In this document: positions 1 through 25,700 of the stretch, piece after piece
How the letters are laid out: each line of letters starts with the position of its first letter
Numbering within the stretch: position 1 is the first letter of the stretch
The notes under the pieces: generated by a model
What the model was told of the DNA's origin: nothing
The model's database searches: none
The model's input: the letters and a program-made list of their open reading frames with translations, nothing else
Position numbers and translations under genes: made by a program
From: Hormiphora californensis
Taxonomy: Eukaryota > Animalia > Ctenophora
Reading direction: 5' to 3'
NCBI GenBank assembly: GCA_020137815.1
Contig: CM035361.1
Coordinates: forward strand, 1,054,001-1,118,000
DNA length: 64,000 bases

Positions 1-2118
1 TCCTTACTAAAAGTAACAATCTCACTTTTTAGCTTACCCTGACAATGTTTGACAGAACAGCACCAACAACAACTTCAAATCCAGTAACTGGTGTGGTTTG
101 TCTTGTTTATAAAGTAGAAACTGATCTAAACTGCCCAAACTGTGCAGGAAATGTGTCCATAACTCGTCTATTGTAGCATGTGTCACCAAACCTGTAATTT
201 TAAGTTGTGTCAAAGATGGAGAGGAGCAGAGAAGTTGTTTTGTTCAAACCCTTTTTTATTGTAGTGAGACAGGGTCGAGCAAGGCAACTCAAAAGTAAAA
301 ATATGTTCAAACTTCAAGTTTCCTCAAAAGACAATCGAAAAATAATTGCTCCACCCTGTGTGGTGTGTAGTAGTGTATTTTCAATGACAAAGAATCCAAC
401 AACTCCAGAGAAGAACCGAACCACATTTTTAGCTTCCTCTTTCTCCTGCTCTTCCCTTTCTTCTTGGGACTGGGGGATTGGGTGTGTTAGCGGGGGAGAT
501 GATCATCTAGTGAATATAGATGGTGATAGGGGAACACATTTTCATCTCGAAGAGGTCAAAGTATGTTCTCTCCTATCTCATATCTCATACTACGTCATGA
601 AACTTCAAAAAGCAGCGTGAAATGAAACATCAAAAAACAATTCGCAATATTACTTCTTACCATCTGTGTAGAAGCAGGGTAGGTTCTTGGTTCATATTTG
701 AATGTTAGATCTGCCTGTGCCTTTCTGTCTGCGTGATACTCTTTTGAAAAGTCAGCCTTCTCTCCTGATCGTGGGAAAATAATTGGTTGAAAAGGGATTG
801 TATATCAAAAAACTGAATCTATGCACATTGCACAGTCTCTTTCAACTTGACAATTTCGTTTGAAAACAACCAATAATAAAAATTCAACCCAGAGAGAATA
901 ACTAAAACTCAGCTTTCTCATATAATTGTAAATCTGAACATACCAATTACGGAGTAGATATGGAGGCAGTAGTAGATGGGGGCAAAGTTTATGAAATCAA
1001 GAGGTCCATCTTCAGTTGACGCAGGTCGCCTTCCTAACACATGCTCCATAGGTATATTGAGGGCTCCTTGTGCCTGAGATATGAACGGAGGGTAGTAACT
1101 ACTGTTTACAGTCCCAGATGAGCAAACCAAACCAACCAAACCAAACCAAACCAACAACCAAACCAAACCAAACCAAACCAAACCAAACCAACAACCAAAG
1201 TACAATTCTGACAAAACAAGGAGATAATTTCTGTTGATTGAAAAGTTTCAAAAAAGAAGCGACCTCACATACCTGCCACATAGCGTTCATTCCTATATCA
1301 GGGGACATGTCCCGTATCGACTTGAGGAACTCTTTCATATCACATCTGAAGAGAAGGGGGATAGCTATAATAGCAGAAGGAGGATGGTTATAGCAGAAGG
1401 GTCAAGGGGAAATGGTTAAAAATTCACAGTCAGATCTCGATTTACCGGATAACAGGGAGTATAAATTTCACACGACATAAAAATGAACGGTATTTGACCC
1501 TGATTATATACCGGGCAAAACCGTTTCCCCCGAGCGCGGTGACTTACCGTGATAACATCCTTGATGGTCCTGCCGTGTTTTAGGGACTCGGCTGATTCAT
1601 GATGCGTGCGAAAGCTGAAGCCATTATTGGGGGAAGAGGTGCGTTGTGCGCTAGATGTCCGGGGGGGGGGAATTACGAATAATGAGTGTTGTGCAATTGA
1701 CAAGTTGTGATCAACTATCATCTCAGTTCCCACAATCACGCACAATCCCTCAATATCTTGTGGGACTGCCTTTTTACTAAGTATCATATTTGCCTTGCTC
1801 GACCCTCTTTTACCGTACCACGGTATGGAAAGGTTAGAACATTTAAACAAGATCATCTTACCTTCCCAAACACTAAAATCAATACACCCCTGCCTTCTTA
1901 CCAAGTATTTTTGATTGCGGAATAGTAATTCTTGTTTGACATTTCCTTCTTCAGCTTATTATAAAGATCTAACACGGGGATGCACAGCTTGATAGCCTGG
2001 ATGGTAAGAGCCATGGTTCTTCAGCTCTAGTCGGTGTGATATTAGGGATTCGGGGGGATTGGGACGAGTTCCAAACTGCTTGTCTTGGATGTGGATATCT
2101 ATCTCTGTTATCATCTTC
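1..2118 (-). pseudogene. EXOC6: Second, partial copy of Sec15/EXOC6 internal exons, running off the left edge; frameshifted at ~1550-2118
   Basis: 1..2289 matches 4384..6657. Exons KEFLKSIRDMSPDIGMNAMWQ and DFINFAPIYYCLHIYSVIG are repeated. The two exons nearest the junction carry many indels and one acceptor is lost (CCCCGG versus CCCAGG). Confidence 0.7.
1124..1198. repeat. (AAACC)n microsatellite (longer copy at 5505..5593)
   Basis: Direct reading; it explains the spurious 'VWFGL' ORFs. Confidence 0.95.
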
Positions 2119-2333
2119 CTGAAACAAAAGTGGGTCACTCCATATTTGGGCATATATATAACGTCATCACATGTCCAAACATGGTCATGTGATACTGTCT
2201 TGGATGTGGATATCTATTTCAGTTATATCCCCATATGAGAGACATGGGATGTTAGATATTGAGACAATATTGGAGACAATATTGGGCAACTTGAATTAGC
2301 TGGTCTCTGCTGGAAGTGATGTAAAACTAGTAC

Positions 2334-7592
<5,259 letters not shown>

Positions 7593-8499
7593 CTCCACTC
7601 AGAAAAAAAAGGGGTAATTTGATAGTACTTAAATGATCCGCACCTCCGATACCATATCTACGTGACACTACAAGAGAGGAGTTGATTGCATATTACATAA
7701 TTGGTAAAATTGAAATTTCATATATCCCAACTACCAACCCCGCTGGACTGCATGAATACTGAGCATTTTAAACTTTGGCAATAGGGTGTATTTATAGGAT
7801 CGTTTATTGGTATTCCCGAAGGATATAGATGTCATTCCCTGACATGATCCAAAAGATTTACGAAATCTGAGTAACTTTTTGAAGTCTCAGATTAAAAACC
7901 GCGGAAAATTGGCGCGGAATGGTATTCCCGATTCCAAATATTTGTGAAATCGGGAGGTCTGGTTCTGAGTGTCTCTGAGGTGTATTATGACATGATACAC
8001 TTCTCAACCAGACAAAATCGGGCATGAGTCCCGACTGACCCCAAGCTCGATACCCATCTCACCCGCACAACTTCGAAGAGAGAAATTGTTGATTACTAAT
8101 TAACAGTCCAACACGCACACACGTGCGATACAGTACTTGGGAAGTACTTAGGATCTGTTCTCAATAGCACAATATAGATGTATCCTATGAATCAGCACAA
8201 CAATCTCCCAGCATCTCTGGTATTAGTTAACTGTAAGAAGGGACTTGGGTGAGTCAAATATGAGAAGATCAGAAGTTGGGCTGAGTAGGCTTCGGTGTGT
8301 ATTATACCGAACACCACCCAATGACTGTACCCCAAGGTCATTTTAAAAACTTACTAGATGATCGAAGGGTGATTTTGATCAAAACGTTTCGACAATCACA
8401 ATGTGGAGTGATCCTTAAACCTTGTTTCTCACACCATAACAAGTCTTATCAAATCATGTACCAATCGATTTACTACGTTTCCAGAAGGACATTGTGGAA

Positions 8500-13070
<4,571 letters not shown>

Positions 13071-13138
13071 GACCCCTATGTTGTGAGTCCAAACTAACGA
13101 CATTGATGAGGGGTTTAGTGAAAATACATGAGATGGGA

Positions 13139-13445
13139 TAGTCAAACCTCGATTTACCGGACCTCGATTTACCGGATCTCGATCTACCGGACCTTGATTT
13201 ACCGGACCTTGATTTACCGGACCTTGATTTACCGGACCTCGATTTACCGGACCTTGATTTACCGGACCTCGATTTACCGGATCTCGATCTACCGGACCTT
13301 GATTTACCGGACCTTGATCTACTGGACGAATAAAGTCCCCCGATTACCGAAATAGATCAGAGGAGCGAGTTTAACGTACCCCCTCGATTATAAACCGTGC
13401 AAAAACCATTCCCCTCGAGGAGTCTGGTAAATCGAGGTTTGACTG
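13139..13445. mobile_element. Pogo-type MITE with an internal array of ~12 x 15-bp subterminal motif
   Basis: Ends AGTCAAACCTCGATTTACC / GGTAAATCGAGGTTTGACTG|TA; unit ATTTACCGGACCTYG. Confidence 0.8.
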
Positions 13446-13530
13446 TAGAATGACAACGACCAGTTGGTTGTTAAATAAAACCCGTACTCTGGATGTAAAT
13501 AAAAATTATCCCACAAAAAAAAGAAAGTTT

Positions 13531-14522
<992 letters not shown>

Positions 14523-15424
14523 GATAGCTAGAGAAGTTGGGGAGTAGAAATAGGGGTGGGCAGAAATACTGGACCAGTACTGTTGGTAATAGGGGGATGC
14601 GTCAAACTGAGGGGGCTTGTTACACTTTGGGAGAAAATGAAACACTTTGTATTGGTGAAGACTTGGGTAAATTGTGTAATATAATTAATTCAGGTACATA
14701 GCTTGTTGTTGCTTTGCTTCGAAACTTAAGTGGTATACTTTCAGCTCGTTATATAATTCCTGTAATTTGGTAAAAATCGCTAAACCATTTCTCTCCAATT
14801 CCACCTAATATACGCTCCAATATTCTCTCCAACTCTCTCTAATTACTAATACCCTCCAATATTCTCTCAAATTCTCTCTAGTAACCTCCAATATTCTCTC
14901 TAAAACCCTCGGATTCTCTCCCGCATGCTAAATTGGTACAATAAAACAAAGTGTAGATGGGTCGTGAAACTGTTTAGGAGTGAATGGAACACAGAGTGGA
15001 TCACATTACTGGGACTGCTGAAAAGTTCTGCTCAAGTTTGGGGGATGGGGGCATAAATGACAAAAACAATAATAAATGTCGCATCTCTTATTCTCTTATA
15101 AAGTTTTCACTCAAAAAACACACACGCTATAATACTCGAGTAATATAACACTTTTATAAGAGATCAAAAACTGCACTGTCCGCTCAATGTTAAGAGAAAT
15201 AAGCTCTAAATTTGTTAAATATATAACGGAAGTGTTGTAGCATATAATTTCACACCGCTATTATAGTACGCAGGCTCTGTAAAGAAGTCGGAACCGACCG
15301 ACAAAAGTAAACAACCAATCAGAACTCGTTGTTTAGGTCATGTGACTGGTTATCAGCCAATCAGGGATCAGTATTTCCTGATTCGGTCGGTTCCTGAGTA
15401 TCTTCCTTGTTATAATGTTGTTGT

Positions 15425-17888
<2,464 letters not shown>

Positions 17889-18330
17889 CTTTGGTCAATG
17901 AAACTCCCTATCCCTTGAAAAAATTGTTCGGAGTTCAGAAATTTCGCAAGAAATTAATGATAATTGGTATAATCAACTTCATTTCTACGTAGTCTACGCA
18001 AAATCTGCCATTTGGGAATTTCGCCGTGAGCAGAAAGCTTAGATATCAATATCAATATCAATTACAACATTTATAACAGAGTCAATATAGATTAAAAATA
18101 TATACGACCCTACCCGCTCTTACACTTACATACATATAAAATTATTAATTATGGACATTCTTGCACGTTTCTAAAAAAAACCAATCCAAAAGTTTTCTTC
18201 AGTTTAGCAAACGGTGCTGTTATTCTGTGTGTATTTGGTATGCTACATGTGGCAAGCGAGCTCAAAGGGGCCCTCAAACAAGACGGGAGAGGGTTTCAAT
18301 TTTAAAAACCTGAAAATTTTAATGACCTGA

Positions 18331-18780
18331 TAGGGATCCCTAAAAAAGTTCAGTAGTTACACAGCGTTTACACAGTCGTTACTCAGTCGTTACACCCAGA
18401 GCGGCGCGTGCTGCGCACAGGTGCTATTTCCAAGAAAATATTGGATTGTGTGCTGCACAATTGTGAGAACTGAGCGCCGCGGCGAAAAAAGTTTCCATAA
18501 GCGCTGCAAATCGAGTGCGAAAGACGCAGTCGTTACACCCAGAGCGGCGCGGGCGCTCTGGGTGTAACGACTGAGTAAAGACTGTGTAAAGTCCATTTTT
18601 ATTCAACTGTTCACCCCTCAACTCGTGCGCGTGCGATATTTTAATTTACGCTGCGCGCGCTACACGTTAACATGTGATAAACGCGCAAAAAATTTCCGCG
18701 TACGACTTTGGGGGGTGAACAGTTGAAAAAAAATGGAGTATAAACGCTGTGTAACTACTGAACTTTTTTAGGGATCCCTA
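18331..18780. mobile_element. MITE with ~40-bp TIRs (TAGGGATCCCTAAAAAAGTTCAGTAGTTACACAGCGTTTA)
   Basis: Inverted match of both ends; internal GTCGTTACACCCAGAGC motifs in both orientations. Confidence 0.8.
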
Positions 18781-18803
18781 TTCAGAAATTTGTTTTTAAA
18801 ATA

Positions 18804-18975
18804 CAGTCGGACCCCGATTTACCGGGCCCCGATTTACCGGAACCCCGATTTACCGGGAGGATAAACTTCTTCCGATATGGAAAAATAACGGTATTTGTCC
18901 CCGATATACCGGGCACCCCGATTTACCGGTCAAAACCCTTTCCCCCGAGCATCCCGGTAAATCGGGGTCCGACTG
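18804..18975. mobile_element. Pogo-type MITE with TA TSD (full copy also 41974..42145; partial copies ~1430, 3802, 5820, 7375, 48935)
   Basis: TA|CAGTCGGACCCCGATTTACCGG...CCGGTAAATCGGGGTCCGACTG|TA. Confidence 0.9.
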
Positions 18976-19429
18976 TACCAAATTCTTTTCGCGCGCACTC
19001 GGTATTTTACTCCGACGCGCAAAAACTGCGTCTTCTTTCGCGCGCGCTACGAGTTTCAAAATGGAAAACTTTAAAAATTTGAAAATTTGAACTGACTTTT
19101 TAAAAGTTTTCCAGAGTTTTGAGTTTTCCAACATTTTTGAAATATTTTTAAACTTTCTTTTCTTCTGGTCATCCAACATTTTGCCACATGCCATAGAAAA
19201 TTGTCTCAGACAATTGACTGAGCCCTCAGACTTCGTGAAAACGGATGCAATTCAATTTTGGTGCTGTTGTCTCAAAGTCGGGGCAGCACAGGCCCCAGGG
19301 GCAGGGACGGCGCTCGTGGGTGTCCGGGTGTCCGCGGACACCCAGACCAAAAAGACGGAGAGAGAAAAGAAGAAAAAATGGAAAAAAACAAAAAGAATTT
19401 GAAAAAAATCGGTGAAAACTGCGAAATTT

Positions 19430-19640
19430 TGGATTTGCGCGCAGCCGGGTGTCCGGAGCTCTGCAGCCCCTGGACCCTGCCTGCGGGGGCTCTGCCCCCT
19501 ACACCCCCGCCGGGGCTGCGCCCCTGGACCCTGCTAGTGGGGGGTTTCACCCCCCACACCCCCTGACCGAGGCTGCCGCCCCTGGCCCCGGACACCCAGG
19601 GACTTGCTGGGCCGAAGGCCCAGCGCCGTCCCTGCCCAGA
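19430..19640. repeat. GC-rich hairpin-repeat patch (GGGGCTGCGCCCC-type), likely a transposon remnant just upstream of the kinase ATG
   Basis: Repeated CCCCTGGACCCTGC and GGGG...CCCC stems; a similar motif occurs at ~39620-39645. Confidence 0.5.
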
Positions 19641-19777
19641 GGAGAGGGCCGAGGGGTGATGGTATGATTGCCGCCAGCCGCATGGCGCGTGCCGAATGTT
19701 GTATTTCGACTTTGTATTTGTAGCTGTTATGTAGTGACATGTAATGCAGAAAGGGATCAAGATAAAGAGGTCGCAGG

Positions 19778-22700
19778 ATGAGAAAACTGTTCTCGCGGCA
19801 GGTAACAATCTCGTGTCTGTACAATTGGTCCCGTGATTTATTGTAACTTGATGTTTCCCATCCCTCAGCAACTAACAGCCCCGACTTATTCTCCTGACAG
19901 GATCCAGGAAACGACTCACACCTTGGTAAAAGTTACACTGTAGCAGATGTTACACTTACTGTGGATGAGGTCATTGCTGAAGGTAATAAACTGTAGCCAC
20001 TGTTCTTAGTAAATAATGTAATGATTTAATTTTGGGTTAAAATCGGATAAAGATCTGACAACACTTTCAACTGTGGTGGTGGTGTAGATAGGTTATAGCG
20101 TGCCAAACTCTGCCCCTCTGTAAAAACTTCCACCTGAATTTATGAATCATTTTGTCCATCAAGCATATTAACATTTGTGAGTCATTTCTCTTAAATTTTA
20201 ATCTTTCTTCACAGGAGGGTTTTCTTTCGTCTTCTTGGCCACGGACCAAACTCGTGTTCCACACCGTACTTATGCACTGAAACGAATGCTGGTTAACAAT
20301 CAGGCAGATTTGGATAACTGTAAACAGGAGATCTCACTTATGGTGAGTTTTAGGGGCTCACTGATGATCTATAGTAGTTTTGTTAATTTTAGCGATTAGC
20401 AAGCAGTCTCGCCAAGGCCGTACGGCATACCTACTAAGAGTACTTACTATATATCGTACTTCACTTCTTCACTTTTTGAGAACTCACTCATCGCATAGAA
20501 TATGCAACACAGCAATCAGGTTCACGTGCTTCGTCTCATGTGTACATGTCCATACATTGAATGAATTCGGCCACCGACCACTAGCTGATATAATATCCCT
20601 CCCTCTCCTCTACACTCCCTATATACCTCAATAAACACCCCCATAGTCACCCATCCGCCCTGACACTCTCTATTGTTTGAATAACTAGCGCACCCATTGG
20701 GTGCGCCTCAAGTAAGGGCTTTTTGATAACCCACCCGGCTTCGCCGGGTTGTTCCTTTCGCCCCTTTCCACGTCAATAACACGGTTGCCATGGCAACTGA
20801 ATTGATAGCTATCGGGACTGGCATGTTGAAAGTCATTCGAAAATATTAACAAACTTCCACTGGAAGTTCCAAAAGTGTGAGCAACAGCTTTACAGCTTTC
20901 GTCATATAAAGTGTTTTATGAAGGAGCACTGTCGCTTAGATACCGCTGAACGAACGACTTCGACTTCGACGCGACATCTCCAAATTATAATAGAGATGCC
21001 CGGGCCCCTAGCAAAACATAAGAATGAACAAAGCATAATTGTTTTGGTATGGGCCTGCTGATGACCTCTTTTGTCTTTACACGCCGTAACACACATACAA
21101 ATTTGCCACTTGCTAGTCTAATTAGCCTGTATAATATGTCATTCATTATATCATAGACAACTGTAATCTTTTCTTGGTGATTGCTACTCCTACAATATTA
21201 TAATTAGTGGCTAAGGGTGGCCTCATTATACATTATGTAAATGCCTCTATATAAATGCTAATATATTATCTCAGTCTCGATTCTCAATTAGCGTGACGAT
21301 AAGTCTCAACATAGATTCAACTTAGGACATACACACTATAAACCTCTTATTACCCTCCCTGCTCCCTCCAATTGCTCTGCCGAACCCTCACAGAGTGGGC
21401 TACACAACCCTCCAAATAAAAAGAGCAAGTTTTCATTCTCTTTGTTACAAGCTCTCCAACTGGATAGAGCACTCTCGCAAGATCATTTTTCAACCCTCCG
21501 AATAAAAAGTTATGCCTGTTTCAGAAAGAAATGCACAAGCACCCAGCAGTTGTCTCCTTCAAGGGTCATCACATGCGACACCTGGGTAATGGGATATTTG
21601 AGATTCTCCTGCTGATGATGCACTATCCCAGTAAGTTTGTTTGTTTGTTTGTTTGTTTGTTTGTTTGTTTGTTTGTTTGTTTGTTTGATTGTTTGTTTGT
21701 TTGTTTGTGGTATTAACACAAATTGAGGGAATCCTGCCCTACGACCAACACGATAACACTTAGTATATATATACCAACATTACTCAAGTGCCAATAAAGC
21801 TTTTGTGCAAGGGCTCCTGTTGCTCCAATAACAGGCACCGGCGGGCCAGAATTTGGCCGGGTGAACTTTCTTGAAAAACCGAGTAGGGGCCAGGAGCCCC
21901 TGGGGAACCTCTGCCAAAATTTCTAATCTCGGCAATGGATAAGTATATCTGAATTGCACTGTACCTAACAGCTCCGTGGTCTAATGGCCACAATCTGGGC
22001 TAAGAAGCATAAGATGCCAGGTTCAAATCTCGGTCAGGCGACTCTATAGATATCTTTTTTCACTTTTGCTTGATATTGAAACATTTAAATTTCCGATAGT
22101 ATCGGCGATACACGATACAACAAAACATATATGACAGAGACCAGAAACTGGATTTTGGCAAACTAACAGCACCCGAAAACACCATAAATCAAGCAGAGCT
22201 ACTGGCAATACAATTGGAAACTGCCAGAAATGGGAACAAAGGAGTCACACCTAGTGATCCACACCGACTCTAGCACTACACTATCACAGTCACAAACCAG
22301 GCGATGTATCTAGGAATAACCCTGGACAAAAACTTAAACTACAAAGCCCACGTCCAAAATAAAACAGAAACAATTAAACGATCTGCGAGACCACTGAGAC
22401 ACCTCATGACAACAAAATGGGGAATAAGCACAGCCCAAGGCAGATACGTTCACGACAATATACTTATGAAGACCCTGACATACGGGGCAGGCATATGGGG
22501 ACAGAAAGTGCTGAAAAACCAAACACTCAAGATGAAACTGGAAGCAGCACAGAACTCTATCACTCGAAGGATCACCGGAGGACACGAACACACTCAACAC
22601 ATAGTGCTAACCACAATGGCAGGAGTGGACGATGTCACTTACCATATCAACAAAGAAAGTATCAACAACTATATACACCTGAAGGCTAAGGGAAACTGGC

Positions 22701-25700
22701 GGACAGACCCCTTCCACACAAAAAAAAGGAGCTCATCTAACGCACTCGAAAGCGATGAAATTACTCATAACAAGCCTAAAAATTCCTAATGCCATCGACC
22801 AGACAAAACACACCGATATAACCTTTGAACAAAACTCCCAACTGAGCAAGAACAAAATAATAAACGCGTATACAGATGGGTCAAGAATTAAGAAAGACTC
22901 AACACATATGACAGAGGCAGGAGCCATAACCAGAAAATCATCCTCAAAGAGCCCCTTGCACCCGAAAACACCATAAATTAAGCAGAGCTACTGGCAATAC
23001 ATTTGGTAACAAAGAAACTACTAGAAATGGGAACAAAGGAGTCACATCTAGTGATCCACACCGACTCTAGCACTACACTGAGAACACTAACAAGAAAATT
23101 TTCTAACCCAAAACAACTAACTGAAACCCTACGAAGTATACACAAACTGCAAAGAGATAATGGCGTAGAAATAGTAAAGGTGAAGGCCCTTGCAAACATT
23201 GAAGGTAATGAGAGGGCAGATCAAATAGCAAAACAAGCGACTGCAAACAGCAAAAACACCCAGAATGCACTGGGACAAACAAAGAGCCAAATAACGGCAA
23301 AGCTGAAACAACAACACAAGACAGGAATAATCGCTGAACTAAAGACAAAAAAGTACTCTGAGTTCACTACAACGATTATCGGGAAGATTATTAAAGAAAA
23401 CACAAAAATAACAATCAAAAACAAGGAAACAATGAGAAGTCGGACACTAGCCATATCGGGCCAGAACAACCTGGCCTGGGAAGTGCCCTCTCCCACAGTG
23501 ACCCTTCCATAAAGCCCAACTGTGAGTTATGCGGGGCAAGAGAAAACTCCAAACACAAACTACATAAACTGTCCTGACCTGACCACCTCAGACACACACA
23601 AGAGTAACCAAAAAATCAAAGCAAAACATTATACAATGAGACGCAGCCACTTAGAACTAAGGAAACTCACCAATGTCAGTCACCAAAACCCGACCGCTCT
23701 ATTCAAAAAAAAAAAATATAACGCCTACCACCTAAAACGAGCTACCTATACAATGCGAGTTTAAAAGTGGCATACATGGCAAAGTCCTGATCTATCAGGT
23801 AGAGTAATTTAAGACAGTCTGTTATGACCCATCAGAGCAGAAGACAAATCCCGACCAACTAGCCAATAAGCGCAATACAAACCAAATCACTCAGCCTTGG
23901 ACTAGGACCCCCACAGCATAGATTGCGCAAAGACAGAAAAGAACGCCCGACCACTTCGGGTCGACGCGCTCATAAGCTGACCCCTATGACGATAGATAGG
24001 ACGCGTCCCGACCCTACTACTAGTACCCCGATCAGAGGTAACACGCCCAAGAAAACAGCAGGTGCGTAGGTTTAAGCTGCACAAATGGTGACCTCATCAC
24101 CGTGTGTGATGTGCTGAAGATGAACGCACGCACTATCGTTACGGCGATTTTTTAACCTAGTTCATGGGGAACACCAGTAACCGTAAGAGAATGGTACAGT
24201 ATACTAGGTGCGCCCCGCTCGTTGCGTGGTGACCTTCATGCTCTTTATGAAACAGTTACCTCTGTCCGACTCGTGTCTCCAATGGAAGGCGACACTAATA
24301 GGTCGAGTTACCGGGCGAAACCCGTGCTACCTGGTGGGACTGACCTGGGAGATCGAGCCGGCGCTCTGGGCAGCCCATGTAGTGTTGGTGACCTGAGTGA
24401 GATGAACTGATGCACATATAGGCGACACGCTGACCTCCCCACGACAGAAAGTGCGGTGGTGCCGAAAGTACGGCGGAGGTACACGACACACACACACACA
24501 TGGGGCGTTAAGTTGTTCAAACTTTGTCCCGTTTTTATCAGATAAAATCCCTGTGGTCGTGTCATATTGGACTTATCAATAAATAGGACTCATATAATAA
24601 TGCATTATGTAGGAACTGGGGAATGTTTGTTTTGTTCAAACTCTTTTTATTTTAATTTGTAAGGCGCGGGGAAGGAGGGTCGAACAAATTATGTGGCAAG
24701 TAGGGAATGTCTGACGTCATAACGAGCGTAATCCTAATTTGCCGGCATGGATGCCTTTGTTGATAAGTACATCGCCACCAATGTTAGTGCGATATTATAT
24801 ATGAAGAATAAATAATGGAGTATGAAAAAAAGAGTAATAAAAGAAAAGAGTGGGGTATAAAAAGAAGAGCACGTAGAGAGAATAGGTCCAGATGTAGGTT
24901 ATAAGATCGGAGCGTGGTGTGTCCTGGTGTGTGTGAAGCGGAAATTCGTACACCACACAGTGTATTGAATATACACGCATACAGAGCTGAGCTGCAGTCA
25001 TACGAACAAACGGGTGGAAAAAAATGCATATATTATATTATATAGTATTGAAATTAAAACTACTATGTTTCTTTCCTTGATTTAAATATTTTAAATGTTC
25101 GTGTGGCCCTCTACTCAAATTTTAGTTTGGTAACCACGCCCCACCCCCATATTATGACGCACAATGTAGTTTAAAAAAAGGGTCCTGTCTGAATGAAACA
25201 GCAAAGCAAAGAAATAGCAACCCCTAGTGTTCACTGTTCAGTGTTCATTGAACACTGAACAGTGAACACTGAACAGTGTTCAGTGAACACCCGACTACTT
25301 ACTACTACAACACATTATGTTAGCATAAAACAACCATTTTGTTAACATAACACAACCCATTATTCAAAATTAGCTTGATGGCTATACAGTGCTCAATCTT
25401 TACAGAGAGCTATTAACACGAAAAATTCGTTTTCTTTGGTTTTCGGGGTAACACAACCCATTATGTTAACAGTTAACATGATATATGTTCAATCATTATG
25501 TATTCCCCCACTTCAGACGGGACAGTAGTAGATCTGATGAACACCAAACTGATTATGTATTCCCCCACTTCAGACGGAACAGTAGTAGATCTGATGAACA
25601 CCAAACTAATTATGTATTCCCCCACTTCAGACGGGACAGTAGTAGATCTGATGAACACTAAACTGATTATGTATTCCCCCACTTCAGATGGGACAGTAGT

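Noticed and set aside
207-620. Plus-strand ORFs 207..620 and 4742..5002
   Set aside because: Antisense shadows of Sec15 exons and introns.
19272-19871. 199-aa Gly/Pro-rich ORF
   Set aside because: Arises from a GC-rich repeat patch and is antisense to kinase exon 1; no domain similarity.
21971-22043. Functional tRNA gene
   Set aside because: A and B boxes are present but the acceptor and anticodon stems pair poorly.
24113-24170. CTGAAGA followed by a TGAAC/GTTCA stem as a hammerhead; GTGCG at ~24208 as a group II intron start
   Set aside because: The required GAAA after stem II is missing, and no domain V consensus was found.
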